From Antedon mediterranea (taxonomy: Eukaryota > Animalia > Echinodermata), in NCBI RefSeq assembly GCF_964355755.1, contig NC_092676.1:28290871-28354870 (forward strand): a stretch of 64,000 nt of DNA, written 5' to 3'. Positions 1 to 11,781 of the stretch are shown here, one piece after another. The stretch's first letter is position 1. The number at the start of each line of letters is the position of its first letter. The notes beneath the pieces were generated by a model. It ran no database searches and had not been told where the DNA came from. It saw only the letters and a program-made list of their open reading frames with translations. Made by a program: the position numbers and the translations under genes.

Positions 1-343
1 ATTTTATTTGTAAACAGTTCGTTTCTGTACACAATTTAAAGTTCCATGCTTCATCTGGCCAATTATGTTATTATATTTCCTATTATCAATTTGTTCTCAT
101 TCAAGGCAACAGGGAAATAAAAGAAACTTAGTGTCTCTGAACTCTGCAAAATCATTTTTGTATTTTTATATACACCGACATTTTAGTTTTGTTATAAAAT
201 AATAAATGCAAGTTAGATATTCTTTTTTCGTTTTTAATTAAACAAACACACGAATACTTCATTTAAAAAAAATGCCATTCAATGTATGATAATCCATGTG
301 ATCCATTTATTTTATTAGTTCGAATTAGAAATACATCATGTTT

Positions 344-663
344 TATTTATTTTTTTTTTATTTTTTTTAAATTTTATTTTATGTCTTTAGGCAATGTGGC
401 CAAGGATTACCAATAGTGAATTAATCACTGTCCTATCAGATATGTGGTAATACCCCTGATACAGGGGCTATTGTGTGAACCAGTTCACCGGGGTAACCCC
501 CTACTCTTTTTCGAATAATGAACTGGGTTATTTAAAGTACACACAGGTTATAACTGTGTACACTGGACTTACGGTTTATAGTCCTTATCCGAGAAGACTT
601 GTTCCACCACCAGAACTAGGAGCGAGTCGGCCTCGAACCCTTGCCGATGTTGTTGTTGGCTCT
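344..663 (-). mobile_element. 5'-truncated Nin/Deu-domain SINE
   Basis: Minus strand has a B-box-like GGTTCGAGGCC, GTCTTCTCGGATAAGGAC..AAACCG and TTCGAAAAAGAGTAGGGG, and an A-rich tail. Absent at the paralogous site near 8865. Confidence 0.7.
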
Positions 664-1076
664 TTAATACAGTTCTATATAATCATGGAAGTTAAATTAT
701 TTCTCCATGGTATAATCTATTCTCTTATTTGTTGATCAGATATGCTCATACATTTTACTTGATCAGAAGTTATAATGATCTTATTTATAGGCGCAGGCTC
801 AGCCGTATTAATTTGACCAATGACAAGCGATGGATTTGTTTTCGAGCCGTGAAAAGAATCAACACGTAACACTAATACACGAGTCATCACTTGTCATTGG
901 TCAAATTACTAAGTTTCGTAATAATATCTATACGGTTTACTTATTGATCCTGCATAAGTATTCATTATTATTCATACAACAAGTAAAATATGAATAGATA
1001 TTTGTATTCACTTCAACTAACGAGAGCAAGCAATCGATGAAGCAAAAGCAATTAGTCTACCTGGCTACATCACAAA

Positions 1077-1151
1077 ATGGCACCTCATAATCCTGTTACT
1101 GCTACTTATTATATGTCTGGTGAGGAAAATTACAAGCTTACAACTTACAAT
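1077..1151 (+). pseudogene. EEP subtype A 5' fragment (25 codons) truncated by a repeat element
   Basis: Encodes MAPHNPVTATYYMSGEENYKLTTYN, then switches abruptly to the ~365-bp tandem array. Confidence 0.8.
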
Positions 1152-2872
1152 AACAACAAACCACATAAATCTATTGGTAATAACATTTTGATAATTTTTT
1201 AATATATAGCAATTAAACAGTTTATATACTACTTATTGGTTCCTAGAAATGCAAAATATGTTGACTAAATTCAAAGTTATTAGCAAAAATGTTACCCCTT
1301 ACCCCATAATTTTTAATAATTACAAATTACTATTACGGTCACAATTCCTAATATTATTACACAGGTTTATTTGTTTTTAATCTTTAACTTCAATTTCTTG
1401 TCCATTGTCTTTATAGGTTTAAAAGAAAAGTTAGATTTGGTGTATTTTTGCGTTAAATATTGAAACTTTATTAATGTTACATTTGGACGAAATTGCATTT
1501 CTTTAAATGTTCAATGACCTTTTGACCTACAATGAAGTCAATATATGTTACGTTTTATTTTTTCATAATGAATATAACAATTAGGCAACCTACGCAGTAC
1601 ATATTAATACCAAAAATATGCAAATGTGATCACTAAATCCAAAGTTATTAGGAAAAATGTAACCCCTTACCCTATAATTGTTAATAATACATTACTATTA
1701 ACAGACAGAATGTCCTCATAAATTCACAGAATATTTGTTTGTTAAATTCAATTTTCTTATTTATTGTGTCTATAGGTTTAAGTTTGCATAAGATATCTTG
1801 TATTTTTGTGTTTAAAATTGAAATGTATAAGCTAATTTAGAAGAAATTGCATTTTTTATTAAAGGTCATTGACCTTTGACCTCTAAAAGACATCAATAGA
1901 TGTTCGATTCATTTTTAAAAGCATATTACAATAAAGAAATCCATACACTACATACTGATAACAAGAAAATGTAAATCTGTTCACGAAATCTTAAGTTATT
2001 TGCAAAAACGTTACCCCCTACCCCATTATTGTCAAAGATTACTAATGACGAAAAAATTCTTTACAATGCACAGCATATTCAATTTTGAAAAAATGTTAAC
2101 TTCAATTTTCTTATTTATTGTGTCTATAGGTTTAAGAAAACATTAGTTTGCATAAGATATCTTGTATTTTTGTGTTTAAAATTTAAATTTATAAGCTAAT
2201 TTAGAAGAAATTGCATTTTTTATTAAAGGTCAGTGACCTTTTGACCTCTAAAGATGTCAATAAATGCGGGATTCAATTTTAAAAAGTATATTACAATTAG
2301 GAAATCTATACACTACATACTGATAGCAAGAAAATGCAAATCTGTTAACTAAATTGTAAGTTATTCGCAAAAATGTTACCCCCTACCCCATAATTGTAAC
2401 TGATTACAAATTACTAAAAACAACAAATTTCTTCATAATACACAGCATATTCATATTTTGTTAATCTTTAACTTCAATTTTCTTGTTTATTGGGTCTATA
2501 TGTTCATGAAAACATCAGTTTGCATAACATCTATTGTATTTTTTTTGTTAAAAACTGAAAGTTATAAGTTAATATTAGACAAAAAATCATTTTTTACTAA
2601 AGTTCAATGACCTTCTGACCTCTAATGGCGTCAATAATTGTTGGATTTACTTAGAAAAATATATTACACTTAAGCAGTCTATACACTACATATTGATACC
2701 AAGAAAATGCAAATCTGTTCATTAAATCCCGAGTTATTAGCAAAAGTGTTACCCCCTACCCCAAAATTTTGTGATGCATATTTTCCGTAGGCGGTGTTAT
2801 ATAATCCTAAAAAATGACTATTAAGCTGTACAATTGGCATTGCTATCATGGATTTCTGAAAAGTATACATAT
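1152..2872. repeat. Array of ~365-bp diverged tandem units
   Basis: GTTACCCC(C/T)TACCC recurs near 1291, 1660, 2010, 2375 and 2748, with TGACCTTTGACCT and ATGCAAAT-like motifs in the units. Confidence 0.85.
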
Positions 2873-2979
2873 AGGCTAGTCAATCTAGCAAAAAAAACAG
2901 CCCAAAGTGAAACAAATTGCAAACAGAGATTTTCCTTTTTTAAATGGTCATATATGATGAGGAGATCAAAATTTGAGCA

Positions 2980-3900
2980 TCACACCTCTGTCACTCATCC
3001 CGATGATATGCAAATTAGCTTAAATATGCAAATTAGGGTGAAATTACAAGGTTACCATATCTCAAAAACTACTAGTCCGAGAGAGTTGATTTTTTCACTG
3101 ATCTATTGAAAATGTATATATTTATATTTACTCTAATGAAACATTTTACGAAAAAATGACCGGAAGTATAACATTTGACCTTCGACCCCATTTCTCAATG
3201 TTTGCATATACAATGTGACTAAAATGTCTGTAGAGACTTTATTTTGCCCTCAAATGACCCAGACATAGGTTCCTAATAGCCAGCATAGGATCACTTTGTA
3301 ATTCCCAAAATCACACCTTTGTCACACACCTCGAAAGTATGCAAATTAGTAGTACAATTTAAATAAAATATGCAAATAAGGGGAAAAAATTACAGTTGTC
3401 CTATATCTCGAAAACCACTAATGCTAGAGAGCTGATTTTTTCACAGCCGTATTCAAAGTGTACATATTTCTATTTGCTCCAATGAAACATTTTACAAAAA
3501 ATTGACCGGAAGTATGACATTTGACCCTCGACCCCATTTCTCAATATTGCATATATAAATGAAACTAAAATGTCTGTAGAGACTTTGTTTTGCCCTCAAA
3601 TGACTCCGATACAGGTTTCTAATAGCCAACATAGGACTGTTTAGTAGATCTCAAAATCACACCTGTATCACTCACCTCCAAAGTATGCAAATTATTAGTA
3701 CAAGTTACATGAAATATGCAAATTAGAGGATGAAATTAAAGGTTCCTATATATCGAAAACCACTAAGGCTAGAGAGTTGATTTTTTCAATAACTTTGTTC
3801 AGAATCTACATATTTATATTTACTCTAATGAAACATTTTACGAAAAAATGACCGGAAATACAACAATTGACCCTCGACCCCATTTATTAATGTTTGCATA
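2980..3900. repeat. ~346-bp tandem repeats within a unit-1-specific insertion (~2873-4830)
   Basis: GACCGGAA(G/A)TA at ~3158, 3504 and 3851; recurrent TATGCAAATTA. Confidence 0.75.
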
Positions 3901-6900
3901 CATAACTTTTAATTATACCAATTTCAAAATATGCAGAAAATAAATAATTTTTAACCAGGTTTGAGCTCCAGATACAAAATTAACAGTGATCTTGTGAGAA
4001 GTAAGGGAGAAGATGACATTGCATTTTATTGGGGGCTCATTTAATTTACCTGTATAATCACATACTGTGCTAAGAGTATTTTACAAAGAATGAAACACAA
4101 ATTTTGTATAGACATCTATTGCAATTTAATGATGGAAATATAAAAACGTTTAACAAGTATTCACTGGCTTGTGGTGTACAATGTAATGAAAAGCATCGTA
4201 GACTTTGCTTTTCCCACCTCTTGATATTTATGGTAATTTTTATATATATCTGAACACATCCAGATCATCTGCAAAAACAGTAAATGCACTTAAAGTTACA
4301 GTAATTGCTTATTTCTGTGTTTTCGCATTTTGTAAACCATCTAAAATGATTAATTAAAAAACACATTACAAAACAATCATAATCATTTCTACAATACACG
4401 GTAACAACAACTACATTTTAAATGTAAATTTACCATTAAATATCCTGATTAAATGTTGATCTTGTTCACCAAATATCTGGTGAAAAAATTCCTCCATCTC
4501 GTTGGGGAATGCGGCGGGAGAAAGAGAGAGAGAAAAACAGTCAATCGGCGGCGGCCGGCAGGCCCGGGCGCGCGCGATGACGATAAAAATTATGAAATGC
4601 TTGCATTTGATTGGCTGCCTCGATCAAAAGTTTTCACTCCCGGAGTCGAGTGGCGAGTGTTTACAGTTCGAGCGGGAATACATTCACACTCGTTGAAGGA
4701 TTGGTACGTTTTATGCTTAATAATTATGGCAGTCGCTCAAATTGGAGTGGATTACCACTCATTTAAGAGTGAACATCAGTTCACTCTAAATTTGGAGTGG
4801 AAATATCACTCGTTTACATTAAGAGAGTATATATTATTATTTATTAGCTGATTTTGCATCTACATATTTCGTTGTGTCATTCATGTGGTTGGTACATTTA
4901 AAGAATTGTGCCTGTGCCTCTGGAATAAATATTATATGTATACATTCACATACTAATCGTATACACAATTGCTTATTATTGACTGTCTAAGCAAATAAGC
5001 AAAGTAAAAATATTTCAAACAAATTACTATAACGCACTCAGTCAATCTTAAATGGCGGGTACCTCAATCTGACGATAAGAGAATTTACTCTTCCCTGGTT
5101 AAGCCTAAGTTTTGTTGAGTAATTAGTAGATTTAAACTCTTATTATTCAACCATGTAGAATACCTGATTTTTAATGTTGTATAGGTTTTGAGTAACAAGC
5201 AGATTTACACTTTTCAACACTGGCGGCTTACAGACTTTTTTCGTTTTCTTTCATTGTGAATTTAATTCTTTGCAATAGGCACTTAGGCCTACATATTTCA
5301 ATGTTTTGTAAAATTTAGGTGGTTGGTAATTGCATTTTAATATAGCTACGTAAAAACTAATGGTGACGTGTCTGTTGTCTTGGTAGAGTAAATAAAATGT
5401 ATTTGTGGATGTTCGTATGTTTCTTTTTTAATTCGTCCGGTACCCATGATTAATGTTGCAAAGCTGCACTATACTAGCCAACGAAGCTGCACTTGCCAAT
5501 CTATCTATATGGAATATTGATAGCCCAAGTAACACCGAAATTGATCATTTAAGGAAGAGCAATTAGTTATGTAAATGAATACATGATAAAAAGTTTAAAT
5601 TGTACAACACATGCTGTAATGGTACCTAACATACTTATAGCCTATACTTTGTCCTTTTTCTTTTACTATAACACATGATAAAATGTCAAAACACAATTTA
5701 TCACAATAAAAAAAGAAAGATCAAGATATTGATTGAAAAGAAATATAAATACCGGTAACCAACATAGAGATACTAAAGCTACTAGTCACATCTATTCCGT
5801 TTAACAAACAGAAGACGGTGCAGTCTGAACAAATAGTAATTCAAAGCAAAAAATTAAATTGGCTGTCAGACAATGGTTTTGGTTAAAATTAGACGTTTCT
5901 TTTCTCTGTTTATAAGTGAAATAATAATTTTTTTTTTTTTTTTACAGAAGTGAATAGCTTTATTAAAACTGCAAAATTACCTATTTAAAGACAATACATC
6001 TTTAATTATTGTTCTTTCTTCAGAAATAGTTATTTTTGTTTAACAATCAGTAGTAAACATTTTGTTTGACGTGAATATATAGTCCGGCGTACTGTACAGA
6101 ACAAAAATATAATCATAAACTAAACTATAGTAGTGTACTGCGAGTTTATTGAACAAGATTTTACAGATTACATGCATCTCTGTATTAGCAAATGTTTTCA
6201 TAGACTCTCCTCTCCCAGACTTTGGGATTTGTAATTTGAGCATGACCCGTCCGAGTTTACAAAATCCCAAAACTGTCAGCCTTAGAACTCTAGCTTCCCC
6301 TTGAAATAGCCTCTGAATGAGATGGGAATATTAGCTGACAAAGCCGCGGCGAAAAAAAAAGATTTAACGGCAGATTTATATCCTCGTCCGATCTATTTAA
6401 TTGATACATTTAGCCCTAGTAAAATGTAATATCGAACTATGTATTTCTATTAATTATACGCTGACTATAACATTCAACGCAATATGTTCTTAAGCTTTCA
6501 GTAAACAGAGAGAGCCTACTCTCTGTGTGAATGTGTCTTAGCAGGAGTACATTTTTAAGTCATCATGAACAAGTACATTAATTGTTTAATAATGTTGGGC
6601 TAGTAGTCTATATAAAAACCATACTGTTGTCTTGCCATTTCCAAGAAATTATGTTTAAAAACAATTTATTAGAAAAACTGTTTACAACTGTGTTACTGTA
6701 TATAACAGAACAGAATGTTTGGAGAGAGAGAGACTCGTTCATTATTATAATGTAGCGTCTTTGGTCATCATTTTGTATATAAAGTATTTGTATGATAACC
6801 AAGAATAAATAGAATAAAATAAGTTATATATAGTTGATAGATATCATAGCAATTTGGTTGTATATTTCTGGTAAAAGTATTATTTTTAGCAATGTGATAA

Positions 6901-8376
6901 CAAATCTACTAGCTTCAACATCTATTATTAAAAATAGCTTATCATTTTCTTAAGCAAAATGCCAGATCATTGTAATTTGTATAATAAGTGAAAATATCCA
7001 GTTGTGAAAAACATTCCACCACAGAATGGTACCAGCATGACAAATCTATGAACTTCACAAATAATATTATTTTATATGATAACAATTTCTCCATGGTTAC
7101 ATATGGTCCAGAATTTGCTTTACTGGGTTATTAATGGGTGATGGTTCAGCGTTTGCTACTACGGTATATTTCAAAAATATAAACACATTGATCCGGTCTT
7201 TTCGGTCGTGAAATTAGAATAACATTACTAAACACGCAATATCTATAAATATAGATATATCCATATATAGTTACTTTTATCATAGAATAATTGCTATAGT
7301 TGTTTGTAGAAGTTGATACAATGATATCAGGCTGGGACCATCCTGTTCTTCACAACTGGAATACTTTCTTTGTAAACAGTTCGTCTCTGCACACAAATAA
7401 AATTCTCCATGCTTAATCTGACCTATTGTGTTTATTATATTTACTTATAATATCAATTCGTTTTCTTCCAGCAATCCACAGAAAATACTAGCTATCGCAT
7501 TATGTCTCTGAAATCTGCAACATCATGTTGGTTGTTATACACGTCCCAGTATTGCCATTGCATTAGCGTTATTTTATTAAGTTTTGTTATAAAACGCAAT
7601 GTTCTTGAGACACACACAAACACGTACCTTATTTTAAATTTACTACCAAAGATCGTATAGCGCCACGTAGTTTCTTTGCTAATAACCTATTTGCCATAAT
7701 ATCGGATTTGTTTATATAAATTCCAGAAGCACAATTATGATCATTGTATTTTAAGTATATGACGATTGTATTATTCCAAAAAACATGATATTATTGCATT
7801 CAGTTCTTTTTAATTTATAAAGGTATTACACCAAAAGTATATTGTACTGTCTTAATTGTCGTTCGTGTTTCTCAACGCAATTTTATTATATAAATGCTTG
7901 TTTTCACTCTCGATGTATTGTATGAGCTCAGCCCAATATAAGCCTAATAGTAAACGAACTCCTATAGCTACTGTCAATGTTACTGTCTACAAATTGAGTA
8001 GGATCCACTTTGCCTGTAAAAATTAGAGATTTTTTTTATCGGCAAATAAGTACAAATGCTTTTCAAAGCCCCATTTTGACATGCAGGCATATATTTACGG
8101 CAAACATATGCTAAGCCAATTTATACACGACAAAACAGACATAAGCTATTTCTTAACACGAATGGAATTTATTATTAGTTTATAAAGATCGAAGTTTCGA
8201 TAAGTTTAGAGTGTTAATTCATTTTAATACGGTAGGTAGGTCTATACATTTTGAAGAAAAGAAATTTGCTAACCAGTGATAATATTTATGTAAACCTGGG
8301 GATACTGCGCTGAGACGATGATAATAAGCTGATATTATTCTCGACCCAGACATTCTAAACGCATTGTTGCTGTCTT

Positions 8377-8860
8377 TTCTATCGTGAAATTAGAATAACA
8401 TTACTAAACACGCAATATCTAACAATATATGATCTTTTATCATATAGAATAATTGATGATTTTTAGTTCGTAAATTCCATGTTGGTACTGTCCTCGTTGG
8501 AATTTTATTTCACAACTGGAATATTTTATTTGTAAACAGTTCGTTTCTGTACACAATTTAAAGTTTCATGCTTCATCTGACCAATTATGTTATTATATTT
8601 CCTATTATCAACTTGTTCTCATTCAAGACAACAGGCAAATTAAAGAAACTATAGTGTCTTTGAAATCTGCAAAATCATGTTTGTATTTTTATAGACACCG
8701 ACATTTTAGTTTTGTTATAAAATAATAAATGCAAGTTAGATATTCTTTTTTCGTTTTGAATTAAACAAACACACGAATACTTCATTAAAAAAAAATGTCA
8801 TTCAATGCATGATAATCCATGTGACCCATTTATTTTATTAGTTCGAATTAGAAATACATC
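8377..8860 (+). repeat. Locus-specific upstream module (~0.4-0.5 kb), about 12 direct copies
   Basis: TCGTGAAATTAGAATAACA...CACGCAATATCT...TTGTAAACAGTT near 7205, 8377, 13540, 17635, 28470, 29670, 34988, 39047, 40845, 56938, 58084 and (partial) 1-340. Confidence 0.8.
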
Positions 8861-9288
8861 ATGTTTTAATACGGTTCTATATAATCATGGAAGTTAAATT
8901 ATTTCTCCATGGTATAATCTATTCTCTTATTTTTAATCAGATATGCTCATACATTTTACTAGATCAGTTATAAGAAGTAATAATGACCTTATTTATAGGC
9001 GCAGGATCAGTCGTATTAATTTAACCAATGACAAGCGACGGTTGTTTTCGAGCCGTGAAAAGAATCAACACGTAACACTAATACACGAGTCATCACTTGT
9101 CATTGGTCAAATTACTAAGTTCCGTAATATCTATACGGTTTGCTTATTGATCCTGTATAAGTATTCATTATTATTCATACAACAAGTAAAATATGAATAG
9201 TTAAAACAGATATTCGTATTCACTTCAACTGACGAAAGCAAGAAATCGATAAAGCAAAAGCAATTAATATACCTGGCTACATCACAAA

Positions 9289-10074
9289 ATGGCACCTCAT
9301 AATCCTGTTACTGCTACTTATTATATGTCTGGTGAGGAAAATTACAAGCTTACAACTTACAATTGTGGCGACACAGATCCAGAAAGGGATCGAAAGATAG
9401 AAGAATGTAAACAATCTGATGTCATTTTTTGTCAAGAAATTAATAAAATGACTATTGAATCTTTTAAAAATTACACACCTTTTAAAAATCAGACAGGACA
9501 ATGCTTCACAGCAGTATTAATCTAGAAACCAATAGGGCAGCTTCAAGGCGAAAACAAAATAAATAAGGACAGAAGGTTTCTGGATAGACCCGATGTTCGT
9601 CAATGTACAGTAAAATTGAATGATATGGTTTTAATTTCGTGGCATGGCGACAAAAACATAAATAGAAGGGGACTAAATAGAATTTCACCAAATTATGTTA
9701 AAGAAAGAAAAAAAGAAATGTTGCAAGCTCTTCAAGGATACGCATCTGGTCTAGCAACTGAATACAATTTACTAGTTATCATTGGCGGAAATTTCAACTT
9801 ACCTTCAAAGGATACAAGAAAAGTTATAGACAAGCTGACACCACCATCGAAATATGAACAGTACATTATAAATCCTGCTGATATCCATAACCGTAAAAGT
9901 AATATTGACTACTTTTTCGTTGTGTTCCCAAAATACGGAGTCAGAGATGCAATCGCACTACCGCCACAAAGGGACCACGACGGTGAAGACGCTGTTGATG
10001 AGCTAGCCGAATCTGTGGACGATTGCGTTAAACTAATCTTTATAGCCTATATTGAAATGATTGAATTTGGGTGA
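9289..10074 (+). pseudogene. EEP subtype A pseudogene
   Basis: ORFs 9289-9525 and 9616-10074 share one frame, split by a single TAG (9523-9525; AAG in the intact copy). Catalytic GDFN reads GNFN. Confidence 0.85.
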
Positions 10075-10487
10075 ACTTCAATTAGAGGTAGAAAGGGGCC
10101 GATAGAAAAAATATCAGTAATAGATTTAATTTAAATCAAGTTGAAGATGAATATCATTTTATTATTTGCTCTCGTTATCAAGATATCATAAATTAATGTA
10201 TACTGTACCTACTTTATTTATTGAAAATCTTAATACTTTTTAATGTTTCCGTTTAATGGCATCACATGATTCAAGAACCAATAATAATTTATCAAAATAT
10301 ATTTATCATGCTTATAATATCACAGAACGACATTGATTAATTTTGTTGTGATCATAATTTCTTAAGTTTACAAAATTATATTCAATACTTACCAAAAAAA
10401 ATAGGGGCCAGAGGCCTAAAGTTAATCAAGTCAAGCAAGACACCTGAATGAATGAATGAATGTTGATACAAACTTATAGCACAAACA

Positions 10488-10584
10488 CTTTCTTTTCGAT
10501 GTAAAAGAATAATGAAATAATACAATTATAAATTGAGAATTTATAAATGTATTATTTCATTATTCTTTTACATCGAAAAGAAAG
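10488..10584. repeat. 97-bp near-perfect palindrome
   Basis: 47-bp arms, one mismatch, GAG loop. Confidence 0.9.
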
Positions 10585-10949
10585 CTTTTATAATTTAGTA
10601 AACTTAAAAATATAGTACTATACTGTCAATAAGTAATTTGTAAAAGTTATATATAAATTGCAAATAATACAATAATTCTGTAAATAAAAACTAAGACAAT
10701 TGTGATGTACATTAAATGTTGTATTTATTTGTGAAAATAAAATATATCTATGCCTATGTCTAACTATCGGTAGTGATACAAACATATTAAATTGTTTTTT
10801 CTTGCATTTTAATAACTTGACTTAATTACACATGGAAAAAATAAATAAAATATGGCAATGAAGCCATTAAATTTTATGTTCACGATTTTGAAAATGTTAT
10901 TATTTTGTGAAGCCATTTATTTAATGTTTGTATGTAGGTGAACAACGAT

Positions 10950-11127
10950 CGATAGGGCATTTATTTGGAATGCATGGGACCTCTATAGAATACTATCAAT
11001 GGCTCACAACCCAGGCATTGTCGTAATTTTGTCCTTAGAAAAAAATCCTGACATGTGACAGGACTTGAACCCAGGATCCTTGGAGTGGTAGCCAAGCATC
11101 ATAATCACCAAGCCACAACTCCACTCC
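10950..11127 (-). mobile_element. tRNA-derived SINE
   Basis: A box TGGCTTGGTG and B box GGTTCAAGTCC on the minus strand; 3' boundary approximate. Confidence 0.65.
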
Positions 11128-11204
11128 TATATCCTTGTTTATCGCAAGAATTTCATTTTCGCTGAGGCTAATATGATTATTAGGTGAAACGCTTATAATA
11201 TATA

Positions 11205-11781
11205 TGGATGGATATTTTCTAATGTGTTCAAAAGTATATTACACGTAAGATTTGAGTCATGCTGGAACTGTTTAACATCAATGAAACAGTGGGCAAATCT
11301 ACCATGTACCAGCACACCAGTAACATGAGTTCCCAGCTTCCACATTTTTTAAGTTTCCTTTGACTGACTGAGTGGGAAAAGAAGGCAAGTCTGTCTTACT
11401 TTGGTCCATACCATCAATTATAACCGATAGATAATGTTCCAGGGTCTTGCTTGGCTTTATGAATGTGTTTGTAGTATTTATTTCGTTCTATGCTAAAAAT
11501 TAAAAAAAAAAACAATTTCATAGTACTACAATAACTATGTTTTAATGCAATGTACAAATCAAAATCTGAAATGAATGAAAATGATATATTGATATATCTT
11601 GGTAAATGAAATACACTGTTTTTTTATTATAAAGTGGAAATGGTAAGTATTTTACTCACTGTTGCTTTTGTAAATGGTTCTCTCTCTTGAATAATAACTG
11701 CTCACGTCTTTGTTTTTGATGTGTTTTCTGAAGTTCAACCTTAATATGTGTACACTTGCTACACTTAGCAAAGCGATTTTC
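11205..11781 (-). mobile_element. Decayed Sola-like DDE transposase fragment (two exons)
   Basis: Manual translation gives ENRFAKCSKC...HLQKQ / ERNKYYKH...IIDGMDQSKTDLPSF...THVTGVLVHGRFAHCF...HDSNLTCNILL, with frameshifts. Family assignment is from motif recall only. Confidence 0.65.

Noticed and set aside
475-735. 86-aa ORF duplicated at 41412 (and other short ORFs recurring between units)
   Set aside because: It lies in SINE sequence; recurrence reflects recent duplication rather than coding constraint.
4453-4851. 132-aa ORF and GC-rich patch as a gene or CpG-island promoter
   Set aside because: Part of a unit-1-specific insertion with CACTC/GAGTG subterminal repeats; more likely transposon sequence.
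11045-11127. tRNA gene
   Set aside because: A/B boxes are present but there is no convincing cloverleaf, and the head continues into a repeat body, consistent with a SINE.
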